Assembly (NCBI GenBank): GCA_031459385.1
Contig: JAVKIP010000009.1
Span: forward strand, 59,419 to 123,418
Reading direction: 5' to 3'
From: Candidatus Fervidifonticultor secundus
GTDB lineage: Bacteria > Sysuimicrobiota > Sysuimicrobiia > Sysuimicrobiales > Humicultoraceae
Length of the DNA: 64,000 nt
A program made the position numbers and the translations under genes. The notes beneath the pieces are model-generated. The model saw only the letters and a program-made list of their open reading frames with translations, was not told the DNA's origin and searched no databases. Positions 18,686-27,041 of this stretch are shown here, one piece after another; the stretch's first letter is position 1, and the number at the start of each line of letters is the position of its first letter.

Positions 18686-21028
18686 ATGCCAACCAGGTGG
18701 TTCGGCGCGCGGATCCCCCGCAACGAGGACCCGCGCCTGCTCACGGGCCACGGTACCTACATCGACGACGTCCAGCTCCCGGGCCTGCTGCACGCGGCCT
18801 TCTACCGGAGCCCGCACGCGCACGCGCGCATCCTGCGCGTGGACGTGGCCCGGGCCCGGGCCCACCGCGGCGTGGCCGCGGTCTTCACCGCGGCCGACCT
18901 GCCGCCGGCGATCCGCGGGCCCCTGCCCCGGCTGATCCCCCATCCCGCGCTGGTCCACCACAAGACCCAGGTGGCCCTGGCCGCCGACGTGGTCCGGCAC
19001 GTCGGCGAGCCCGTGGTCATGGTGGTCGCGGAGAGCCGCTACGCGGCGGAGGACGCCGTGGACCTGGTCGAGGTCGCGTTCGAGCCGCTGCCGGCCGTGG
19101 TCGACCTGGAGGAGGCAGCCCGGCCGGGCAGCGCGCGCGTGCACGACGACACACCCGACAACATCGCGGCCCACTACATCCAGCGTGTCGGCGACCCGGA
19201 GGCGGCGTTCGCGCGAGCAGCGCACGTCTTCCGCGAGCGGTTCGTCGTCGACCGCGGGGCCTCGTCCCCGATCGAGACCCGCGGGGTGGTGGCGCAGTGG
19301 GACGCCAGGACCCGTCAACTCGTGGTCTGGGACACCACGCAGGCGCCCATCCGCATCCGGAACTTCCTCAGCGCGCTGTTCGGCCTCTCGCTCAACGACG
19401 TCCGGGTCATCGCGCCGGAGGTCGGCGGCGGCTTCGGGCCGAAGATCATGATGTGCTACCCGGAAGAGATCGCGGTACCCCACGCTGCCATGGTCCTGGG
19501 GCGGCCGGTCAAATGGATCGAGGACCGGCGCGAGCACTTCGTCGCCACCAACCACGAGCGGCTGCAGGTCTACGACGCGGCCATCGCGGTGGACGGCGAC
19601 GGGCGCATCGAGGGGGTCCGGGTCGTCTTCCTGCACGATACGGGCGCCTACATCGCCTACGGGCTGATCGTGCCCATCGTGGCCAGCACCACGCTCCCGG
19701 GACCTTACCGCATCCCCCACTACCACGCCGAGTTCAAGGCGGTCTTCACCAACAAGACGCAGGTGAGTCCCTACCGCGGCGCGGGCCGGCCCCACGGCGT
19801 CTTCGTAATGGAGCGCCTGATGGACCGGGTGGCCCGGGAGCTGGGGCTCGACCGCGCCGAGGTGCGGCGGCGCAACCTGCTCCAGCCCGACGACTTCCCC
19901 TACGACGTCGGCCTGATCTACCAGGACAACGCGCCCCTCATCTACGACAGCGGCGACTACCCGGCGGTGCTGGAGAAGACGCTGGCGATGATCGGCTACC
20001 GCGACTGGCCGGAGGTGAAAGCGCGGGCCGCGCGGGAGGGCCGGCGCCTGGGGCTCGGGCTCGCCATGTACGTCGAAGGCACCGGCATCGGCCCCTACGA
20101 GGGGTGCCGGGTCACCGTGGAGCCCTCGGGGAAGGTGTTCGCCGCCACCAGTGTGGGCACCCAGGGCCAGGGGCACTACACGGCGTTCGCGCAGATCATC
20201 GCCGACGCCCTGGGCGTGGACGTGCGCGACGTCAGCGTCACCACTGGCGACACCGGCGCGTTCAACTGGGGCACCGGCACGTTCGCCAGCCGGGCTGCGG
20301 TCGTCGCGGGCAACGCGGTGGCCCTGGCCGCCCAGGCGGTGCGCGAGAAGACGCTGACGGTCGCCGCCACCCTGCTGGAAGCCAGCCGGGACGACCTGGA
20401 GCTGGCGGACGGCAGGGTGTTCGTGCGGGGCGCACCTGCACGCGCCGTCACGCTGGGCGAGGTAGCTGCGGCGGCCAACCCTCTGCGGGGCGTGATCCCC
20501 AGGGAGTGGGAGGGACCAGGCCTGGAGGCCTCGCGCTACTTCGCCCCGCCGCGCGGCACGTTCGCGGCGGGCTGCCACGCCGCCGTGCTGGAGGTCGACG
20601 TCCCGACCGGCATGGTGCGCATCGTGCGCTACGTCGTCGTGCACGACTGCGGCCCCGTGATCAACCCCATGATCCTCGAGGGCCAGATCCGGGGCGGCGT
20701 GGTGCAGGGCATCGGCGGCGCGTTCTACGAACGCCTGGTCTACGACGACACCGGGCAGCTGCTGACCCAGACGTTCATGGACTACCTGCTGCCGACGATC
20801 GCGGAGGTGATCCCCATCGAGATCGCCCACATCGAGACGCCGTCGCCCCTGAACCCTCTGGGCGTCAAGGGCGCCGGGGAAGCCGGGGTCATTCCGGTGC
20901 CGGCGGTCTTCGCCTCGGCGCTGGACGACGCGCTCGGCACCTGGATCACCGAGATGCCGCTGTCGCCCGCGCGGGTGCGCGAGCTGGCGGCCCAGGCGGC
21001 GCCGGTGCCTGCGGGAGGCCGGCGGTGA
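18686..21028 (+). CDS. Xanthine dehydrogenase/CoxL-like molybdopterin subunit (not form I CODH)
   Basis: MPTRWFGARIPRNEDPRLLTG, EVGGGFGPK, active-site loop PYRGAGRP, QGQGHYT, GVKGAGEAG. RBS GGAGGGG. Confidence 0.93.
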   Translation: MPTRWFGARIPRNEDPRLLTGHGTYIDDVQLPGLLHAAFYRSPHAHARILRVDVARARAHRGVAAVFTAADLPPAIRGPLPRLIPHPALVHHKTQVALAADVVRHVGEPVVMVVAESRYAAEDAVDLVEVAFEPLPAVVDLEEAARPGSARVHDDTPDNIAAHYIQRVGDPEAAFARAAHVFRERFVVDRGASSPIETRGVVAQWDARTRQLVVWDTTQAPIRIRNFLSALFGLSLNDVRVIAPEVGGGFGPKIMMCYPEEIAVPHAAMVLGRPVKWIEDRREHFVATNHERLQVYDAAIAVDGDGRIEGVRVVFLHDTGAYIAYGLIVPIVASTTLPGPYRIPHYHAEFKAVFTNKTQVSPYRGAGRPHGVFVMERLMDRVARELGLDRAEVRRRNLLQPDDFPYDVGLIYQDNAPLIYDSGDYPAVLEKTLAMIGYRDWPEVKARAAREGRRLGLGLAMYVEGTGIGPYEGCRVTVEPSGKVFAATSVGTQGQGHYTAFAQIIADALGVDVRDVSVTTGDTGAFNWGTGTFASRAAVVAGNAVALAAQAVREKTLTVAATLLEASRDDLELADGRVFVRGAPARAVTLGEVAAAANPLRGVIPREWEGPGLEASRYFAPPRGTFAAGCHAAVLEVDVPTGMVRIVRYVVVHDCGPVINPMILEGQIRGGVVQGIGGAFYERLVYDDTGQLLTQTFMDYLLPTIAEVIPIEIAHIETPSPLNPLGVKGAGEAGVIPVPAVFASALDDALGTWITEMPLSPARVRELAAQAAPVPAGGRR

Positions 21029-21083
21029 AGTGGGCACGCGACCTGGCCGTCCGTGCGGCGCCGGTGTGCGCGGGGGGCCCGCG

Positions 21084-21953
21084 GTGAAGCCGGCGCCGTT
21101 CCAGTACCTGGCCCCCCGCAGCCGCGCGGAGGCGCTGGACGCGCTGCGCCGGTTCGGGCCCGACGCGAAGGTCCTGGCCGGCGGACAGAGCCTGGTGCCG
21201 CTGCTGGCGATGCGGCTGGCCCGGCCCGCAGTGATCGTCGACATCAACCGCGTGCCCGACCTGGCGTTCATCCGCGCCGCGCGCGGTGCGGTCGCCATCG
21301 GCGCGATGACGCGACAGCGGGCCGCGGAGGCTCACCCGCTGGTGGCCGGGCGGCTGCCCCTGCTGCGCGAGGCCCTGCGGTGGATCGGCCACCCGCAGAT
21401 CCGGACCCGCGGCACGGTCGGCGGCAGCCTGGCGCACGCCGATCCCGCGGCGGAACTGCCCGCCGTGGCGTCGGTGCTCGGCGCGACGTTCGTGGTGGCC
21501 AGCACGCGCCGCCGGCGCACGCTGCGGTGCGAGGAGTTCTTCACCGGATACCTGACCACGGCGCTCGAGCCCGACGAGTTGCTCACCGAGGTCCGCTTCC
21601 CGCTGCCGCCCGCGGGCGCGGGCTGGGCGTTCCAGGAGGTCGCGCGGCGCCACGGGGACTTCGCGCTGGTCGGTGTCGCGGCGCTGGTGCGGCTCGACGG
21701 CGACCGCCGGTGCGCCGAGGCGCGGCTGGCGTTCATCGGCGTCGGGCCCGGGCCCGTGCGGGTGCCGGACGCCGAGGCGCTGCTCGCCGGGCGCGCGCTG
21801 ACGCCGCAGGCCGTCGAGGAAGCGGGGCGCGCGGTCTCGGCCGCGCTCGAGCCCGAAGGTGACATCCACGCCAGCGCCGACTACCGCAAGCACGTGGCCG
21901 GGGTCCTGGCGGCGCGGGCGCTGCTGCAGGCGGCAGAGAGGGTGCAGGCATGA
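21084..21953 (+). CDS. Molybdenum hydroxylase FAD subunit (CoxM-like)
   Basis: [48 protein letters not shown]. Confidence 0.92.
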   Translation: MKPAPFQYLAPRSRAEALDALRRFGPDAKVLAGGQSLVPLLAMRLARPAVIVDINRVPDLAFIRAARGAVAIGAMTRQRAAEAHPLVAGRLPLLREALRWIGHPQIRTRGTVGGSLAHADPAAELPAVASVLGATFVVASTRRRRTLRCEEFFTGYLTTALEPDELLTEVRFPLPPAGAGWAFQEVARRHGDFALVGVAALVRLDGDRRCAEARLAFIGVGPGPVRVPDAEALLAGRALTPQAVEEAGRAVSAALEPEGDIHASADYRKHVAGVLAARALLQAAERVQA

Positions 21954-22576
21954 GGCGAACACGGAAGACCGCGCCGCGCGCGGTCAGGCGGAGACTGCAG
22001 CCGGTCGCGCAGGCCGAGGTGCGCGTGCGCATCAACGGTACGGAGGTCGTGCGCACGGTCGAGGTCCGGCGTACGCTGGCCGACTTCATCCGCGAGGACG
22101 CCGGTCTCACCGGCACCCACCTGGGCTGCGAGCACGGCGTGTGCGGGGCCTGCACGGTGCTGCTCGATGGCGAGCCGGTGCGCTCGTGCCTGCTGTTCGC
22201 CGTGCAGGCCGACGGCCACGAGATCACCACCGTCGAGGCCCTGGGCACGCCCGAGCACCTCTCGCCGCTGCAGCAGGCGTTCCGCGACTACCACGCGCTG
22301 CAGTGCGGCTTCTGCACGCCGGGCTTCCTGATGAGCGCGCACGCGCTGCTGCGCGACAACCCGCATGCCTCCGATGAGGAGATCCTGGAGGTGCTGGCCG
22401 GGCACCTGTGCCGGTGCACCGGGTACACGACGATCTTCGACGCCGTGCGGGCGGCAGCCGGGCGGCCGCCCGGCCCGCCTCCGGCGGAGCCCTGGCCGGC
22501 CCCCGCGGAGTCCGGGCCAGCGCTGGCCGGCCCGACGACGGCGCTCGGGGGGTCCGGGCCGCCGCATGGGGAGTGA
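21950..22576 (+). CDS. Molybdenum hydroxylase 2Fe-2S subunit (CoxS-like)
   Basis: [28 protein letters not shown], with a Pro-rich tail. Confidence 0.92.
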   Translation: MRRTRKTAPRAVRRRLQPVAQAEVRVRINGTEVVRTVEVRRTLADFIREDAGLTGTHLGCEHGVCGACTVLLDGEPVRSCLLFAVQADGHEITTVEALGTPEHLSPLQQAFRDYHALQCGFCTPGFLMSAHALLRDNPHASDEEILEVLAGHLCRCTGYTTIFDAVRAAAGRPPGPPPAEPWPAPAESGPALAGPTTALGGSGPPHGE

Positions 22577-23615
22577 GGCCACGCGGGTTCGCCTCGTGCT
22601 GCCCGCGCTGCAGATGGCCGCGCCGCTCGTGGCGCTGAGGCCCGGCGGATCCCGCGTGGTGGCCGAGGTCCGCGTGCTGGCCGCCTTTCGGCGCAGCGTC
22701 TACCTCGCCCTCGACGCCACCACCCCGGACGATCCTTGCCGCCCGCCAGGCTGGTTGCCCGTTCCGCAAAACGGTCCGTTTGTTCGGGCGGGCCGTCTGC
22801 CGGTCCGGACGGCCGGTCTCCCGATCCCGCTCGTCGCGCTCACCTCGGCCGGGCTCGAGCCGGGGCCGTTCAGCATCACGGTGGCCGGCTTCGAGGAACT
22901 GCGGGCTGCGGTGGAGGCTGGCGCGCGCACCGCCCGGCTCCACCCCGGTGTGCTGACGGCAGGCGACGTGGCGGTGGACCTGCGCGCCGCAGCGGTATGG
23001 GATCCGACACTATCGCGGCCCTGGGGCGCCGGTGATGCGCCGTGGTCGCTGGCTGCCCGCGCAGCGGTCGAGCGGGTGCTGGCAGAGGCCGCGCCACGGG
23101 AGAGCCTGGCGGGGCTTCTCTTCCGGGACGCTGGCGGGTACGCCCGGACCCTGGAACCCTTCGCCCGTGCCCTCGACGCCCTCGACACACTGCTGCAGCA
23201 GCCCGACGCCCCGGCCGCCACCCTCGCCGCAGCGACCGACGTCGCCGGACGCGGGCCAGGCCTGACCCCCTCCGGCGACGACCTGCTGTGCGGTGTGCTG
23301 CTGGCCACGTGGGCCTGGCCCGGCCTGGTCGCCGCCGGGCGCGCCGAGACGCTGCGCGCGCACCTGGCCGGGGCGGCCGTCCCGCAGACGACGCGGGTCG
23401 GTGCCGCCTACCTTATCGCGGCGCGGCGCGGGTGGGCGCTGCGCCCGTGGCACCGGCTGGTGGGCGCCCTGGACGACGCGGCCCAGGCCCGCCGGGCCGC
23501 CCTCGACGTACTGGCCATCGGCGAGACCTCGGGCGCCGACGCCCTCACCGGGTTCTGCTGGGCGTGGCGGCGCGTGCCCGCGCCGCCTGCGGGAGCGGCG
23601 GGGCGGGCCACGTGA
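22566..23615 (+). CDS. DUF2877 protein (YlbF/AllH/YahE-like)
   Basis: [16 protein letters not shown] and [12 protein letters not shown] motifs. Start overlaps the 2Fe-2S gene end. Confidence 0.82.
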   Translation: MGSEATRVRLVLPALQMAAPLVALRPGGSRVVAEVRVLAAFRRSVYLALDATTPDDPCRPPGWLPVPQNGPFVRAGRLPVRTAGLPIPLVALTSAGLEPGPFSITVAGFEELRAAVEAGARTARLHPGVLTAGDVAVDLRAAAVWDPTLSRPWGAGDAPWSLAARAAVERVLAEAAPRESLAGLLFRDAGGYARTLEPFARALDALDTLLQQPDAPAATLAAATDVAGRGPGLTPSGDDLLCGVLLATWAWPGLVAAGRAETLRAHLAGAAVPQTTRVGAAYLIAARRGWALRPWHRLVGALDDAAQARRAALDVLAIGETSGADALTGFCWAWRRVPAPPAGAAGRAT

Positions 23616-25072
23616 GCGCGCGCGCGGGCCGCGGGAGCGCGGGCGCGGGCCGTGGGAGCGCGGGTGCGGGCCGTGGGAGCGCCGCCGGCAGGTGGGCCGG
23701 TCGCGACGGCTGGCTGCTGACCGTCTGCGCCTCCAGAGCGTGCACGCAACTGGTGTTCCTGATCTACCCCGCATGCGTCAGCGTGCTGCTACCCGCGTGG
23801 CGCATGTCGGCGGCGGCCGCGGGCTCCATCTCCACCGGCTTCCAGCTCGGCTTCGCTGTCTCCCTATTCGGGTGCTCGTGGCTTGCCGACCGCGTCGGCG
23901 CGCGCCCCGTCTACCTTGGCTCGCTGGGAGCAGCGGCCGTGGCGTCGGCCGCCTTCGCACTGTTCGCGCGCTCGTACACCTCGGGTCTGGTGCTCTACAC
24001 GCTGGTGGCGGTGGCGCTGGGTGGCACCTACACCACCCTCATCATGCTCGTCGCCGACCGCTACGAGCCGGGCCGGCGCGGTGGTGCCGTGGGGTGGCTC
24101 ATCGCGGCGTCGTCGCTGGGCTCGGCGGTCTCGCTGGGCTCGGCCGGGCTGGCACTGCCGCGCGGCGGCTATCCGCTGGCGTTCGCCGTGGCGGCTGGTG
24201 GCGTCGCCGTGGGCGCGCTGCTCGGGTGGACGGCGATGCGCGGTGTGCCGACCGTGGTCCACCGGCGGCGGGCAGGGCGCGGCCCCGACGCGACGGCGGC
24301 ACCCGGCGCCGCGGCCGGGGCGGGCGACCCGGCGGCTCCGGCGCCCGGCCCTGTCATCGCGGCGCGCGGTCCCACCACTGCGGCTCCCGCGACGGAAGCG
24401 CGGAGTCCCACGCCTGCAGCGCGCACCCCCAGCATCGTGCGCCTCGTCGCCGGCTACGTCTTCCACAGTTGGGAGTTGCTGGCGATGTGGGCGTGGACGC
24501 CCGCCTTCCTCGCCGCCAGCCTGCGCGCCACCGGCGCGGCCGCAGGGCGCGCCGTCGCCGGCGCGTCGTACGTCGCCGCGGCGTTCCACCTGATCGGCCT
24601 CGTGGCCTCCGCCACGATGGGCCGGCTGTCCGACCGGCTCGGCCGCCGGGCTGTCCTCCTGTGGCTGGCCGGGGCGAGCGCCGCCTGCTCGTTCGCCATC
24701 GGCTGGCTCGTGGCCGCGCCGCCCGCGCTGGTGGCCGGAGTGGGCGCGCTCTACGCCTTCACGGCGCTGGGCGACTCGCCGGTCCTGTCGGTCGCCCTGA
24801 CCGAGACGGTGCCACCGTCGTCGCTCGGCACCGCGCTGGCGGTGCGGTCGCTATTGGGTTTCGGCGCCGGGGCGCTGAGCCCGCTGGTCTTTGGCGCCGT
24901 CCTCGATGCCACCAACCCAACCGGCGTCCCGACCGTGTGGGGCTGGGCGTACGCGACGCTGGGTGCCGGCGGCGCACTGGCGGCGCTGTGCGCGCACGGG
25001 CTGCCGGCCGGCCCCGTCGCGCCGGCGGTCGGGCGTCCGCAGGCGCCGTACGGTCCGCCGGCAGACGGCTGA
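23612..25072 (+). CDS. MFS transporter
   Basis: Multiple TM segments, WLADRVGAR and GRLSDRLGRR motif A, HSWELLAMWAW. GTGA overlap with the DUF2877 stop. Confidence 0.88.
   Translation: MSARAGRGSAGAGRGSAGAGRGSAAGRWAGRDGWLLTVCASRACTQLVFLIYPACVSVLLPAWRMSAAAAGSISTGFQLGFAVSLFGCSWLADRVGARPVYLGSLGAAAVASAAFALFARSYTSGLVLYTLVAVALGGTYTTLIMLVADRYEPGRRGGAVGWLIAASSLGSAVSLGSAGLALPRGGYPLAFAVAAGGVAVGALLGWTAMRGVPTVVHRRRAGRGPDATAAPGAAAGAGDPAAPAPGPVIAARGPTTAAPATEARSPTPAARTPSIVRLVAGYVFHSWELLAMWAWTPAFLAASLRATGAAAGRAVAGASYVAAAFHLIGLVASATMGRLSDRLGRRAVLLWLAGASAACSFAIGWLVAAPPALVAGVGALYAFTALGDSPVLSVALTETVPPSSLGTALAVRSLLGFGAGALSPLVFGAVLDATNPTGVPTVWGWAYATLGAGGALAALCAHGLPAGPVAPAVGRPQAPYGPPADG
23624..23686 (+). repeat. 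21-bp tandem repeat x3 in the MFS N-terminus (AGRGSAG)
   Basis: gcgggccgcgggagcgcgggc / gcgggccgtgggagcgcgggt / gcgggccgtgggagcgccgcc. Confidence 0.8.
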
Positions 25073-25117
25073 CGGCGATCTGGCGAAATGACGTGCAACG
25101 TTCGGGGCGTTGTCGTG

Positions 25118-25279
25118 CCCGACACCCTCTGTGTCGTGGACGTTCGGCCTGGATCGCGCTTGTGGGCAGAGCCCGCGCAGGAAGACCAGCTCCCACCCCC
25201 GTTGAAGCACGTTGGTGCCACCCCGCCACCGGCCACCGTCATCGCCCTGAGCGTGGACGACCGCTTCCTCTACGTCTCC
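25118..25279 (+). pseudogene. Remnant of selenium-binding protein SBP56 / methanethiol oxidase family gene
   Basis: PDTLCVVDVRPGS joined to AEPAQEDQLPPPLKHVGATPPPATVIALSVDDRFLYVS resembles two distant segments of SBP56 proteins (recalled consensus, not searched). Confidence 0.55.
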
Positions 25280-25431
25280 TACCTGGATGGTCTTCTCACC
25301 ACCGGGCATAGACGACTTTGCCCTCCAGCACGGCTGGCCGCTCGATCGTGCCCGGAACCTCTTTTCCACGCGAACTCCTCGGGAGTCACCACGAGGATGT
25401 CCTTGGGGATGCGGAACCGGTGAAGCGCCAC
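25280..25431 (-). pseudogene. Remnant of minimal nucleotidyltransferase (MNT) C-terminus with frameshift, plus possible HEPN start
   Basis: ALHRFRIPKDILVVTPEEFAWK-[shift in AAAA run]-EVPGTIERPAVLEGKVVYARW* (stop 25296-25298). Overlapping ATG 25309 gives MPGGEKTIQV. Confidence 0.55.
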
Positions 25432-25725
25432 TACTGGGCCCAGAGTCGGCGCGGCACGGAGCGCCCGCGCCGGGCGCCGGTCCGGCAGGATTTCTCTCGC
25501 AGAGACGCCCCTGCGCACCCAGGCAGCAGGTTCAGGTACCGGTGGCTTCAGCAGAGAAGCCGTGTGGCCTTCTCAGGGCTGGCATTGAAGCGCGGCGAAC
25601 ACCAACGTCCCCCGGTGGCGTGGTAGACCACGCGATCGCCGGGCGCGAGGGAGGGCCGGCGCGGAAACATGGCCGCGCGGTCGAGGGTGAGGCGATGCTG
25701 TCCGTGCACTTTCGCAAGCCAGTCA

Positions 25726-26670
25726 TCAGGCCCCCGCCGGCCGCAGCGCCTGCACCGCCCGCACCCGCATGCGCTCCGTCGCCCGCGCGGTCACGCGGCA
25801 GAAGGCGCAGACCTCGGTGGTGGTGGGCTGGCCGCAGTGCGCACACGCGCGCAGTTCGGCCGGCGCCGGGGCGGTGGCCAGGTGTGGCCGGAGCTTCTCG
25901 AGGAAGTTCCAGTACAGGTTCTGCTTGGTCCCGGGTGCGTCGCGTTCGAGAAGGTTCAGCGCCTCCTTGAGCCGCAACGAGCGGGCGCCGATGCTGTTGG
26001 GGCACTCGTCGACGATGTAGTCGATGCCGCGCAGCACGGCGTAGGCGGCGGTCTCGCGCTCAGCCAGGCGGTAGAGCGGTTTCACCTTCTTCACCAGGCC
26101 GGGGTGGGTGCGCTCGAGCACCGGCGCCTGACGCGCCAGGGCCTCGACCTGGCCGCCGATGAGGTTACCGAGCAGCACGGCAGCCTCGTCGTCGAGGTTG
26201 TGGGCCGTGGCCACCACGTCAAAGCCGTGGTCGCGGGCCACCTTGTTGAACAGGTAGCGCTTGGACAGGCCGCAGGCCGAGCACGTCACCCGGCCGCTGG
26301 CCGCGGCCAGCTCCTCGATCCCCATGCCGTAGTCGGCGGGGAGGTCAGCGACCAGCAGATCGGCCCCGCGCGTTTGGGCGAACGCCGCGGCTTTCTCCTG
26401 CGAGGCTTTCGAGTAGTCGCCGATACCCAGGTTGATGTAGAGGCCGGTGGCCTGGTAGCCCTGGCGCAGCAGGACGTCCCACAGGGCCAGGCTGTCCTTG
26501 CCGCCCGAGACGCACACCAGCACGCGGTCGGCGCGGGTGAACATGCGGTCGCGCTCGATGGCCCGCTGCACCTGGGCCTCGAACCAGTCGAGGAAGTGCG
26601 GCGCGCAGAACGCCGCGTGGTGCCGTCGCACCTCGACGACCGCTGTGGCCCTGCACTTGGCGCACCGTAT
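25726..26670 (-). CDS. ttuA: tRNA 2-thiolation enzyme TtuA (TtcA/Ctu1 family), apparent ATA start
   Basis: PP-loop SGGKDS, CSACGLSKRY, AHNLDDEA, ECPNS, C-terminal CxxC...CxxC. The N-terminal Zn finger CAKC is included only if translation starts at ATA 26670. Confidence 0.9.
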   Translation of the reverse strand: MRCAKCRATAVVEVRRHHAAFCAPHFLDWFEAQVQRAIERDRMFTRADRVLVCVSGGKDSLALWDVLLRQGYQATGLYINLGIGDYSKASQEKAAAFAQTRGADLLVADLPADYGMGIEELAAASGRVTCSACGLSKRYLFNKVARDHGFDVVATAHNLDDEAAVLLGNLIGGQVEALARQAPVLERTHPGLVKKVKPLYRLAERETAAYAVLRGIDYIVDECPNSIGARSLRLKEALNLLERDAPGTKQNLYWNFLEKLRPHLATAPAPAELRACAHCGQPTTTEVCAFCRVTARATERMRVRAVQALRPAGA

Positions 26671-26674
26671 GGTG

Positions 26675-26872
26675 CTACCCTCCCCCCGAGATCACGGGGC
26701 GCAGCTCGATCCGCTCGCCGTCGCGCAGCTCGGCATCGGGCGTGAGCAGGTCGGCCCCGCGAATCACGAGGTACGCTTCAGGGTTGAGCTGCAGCCGCAC
26801 GAACACCTCGCGCACGCGGCGGACCCCGTCGAGCTCCACTTCCTGGCGCTGATGGCGCACGTGGATGGGCAC
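26675..26872 (-). CDS. ttuB: Ubiquitin-like sulfur carrier (TtuB / MoaD-ThiS family)
   Basis: 65 aa ending RPVISGGG, immediately upstream of ttuA. Confidence 0.88.
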   Translation of the reverse strand: MPIHVRHQRQEVELDGVRRVREVFVRLQLNPEAYLVIRGADLLTPDAELRDGERIELRPVISGGG

Positions 26873-27041
26873 GCGGCTCCCTCACCCGGACAGAGTCTGC
26901 TCCGATCTTACCCCAGCGGCCCGCGCGGCTGCCACACCATGCGGCTGGCTGGCGCTGGGCGCGGCCCGCCGGTACCTCGCGCGCAGATCGGCGGCGCAGG
27001 AGCCCGCCGGCAGCCGCCGCGCTGTGCCGGAAGGCAGGGCG

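Noticed and set aside
14999..21028. 2009-aa + strand ORF suggesting a giant fusion protein
   Set aside because: Only the part from ATG 18686 is real; the rest is stop-poor antisense of ALDH, PiT and DUF47 in GC-rich DNA.
18686..21028. Second genuine CO dehydrogenase
   Set aside because: The active-site loop is PYRGAGR rather than AYXCSFR, and the gene order is L-M-S.
25088..25626. Intact small proteins (111, 102 and 79 aa ORFs)
   Set aside because: Better explained as chimeric readings across pseudogene fragments.
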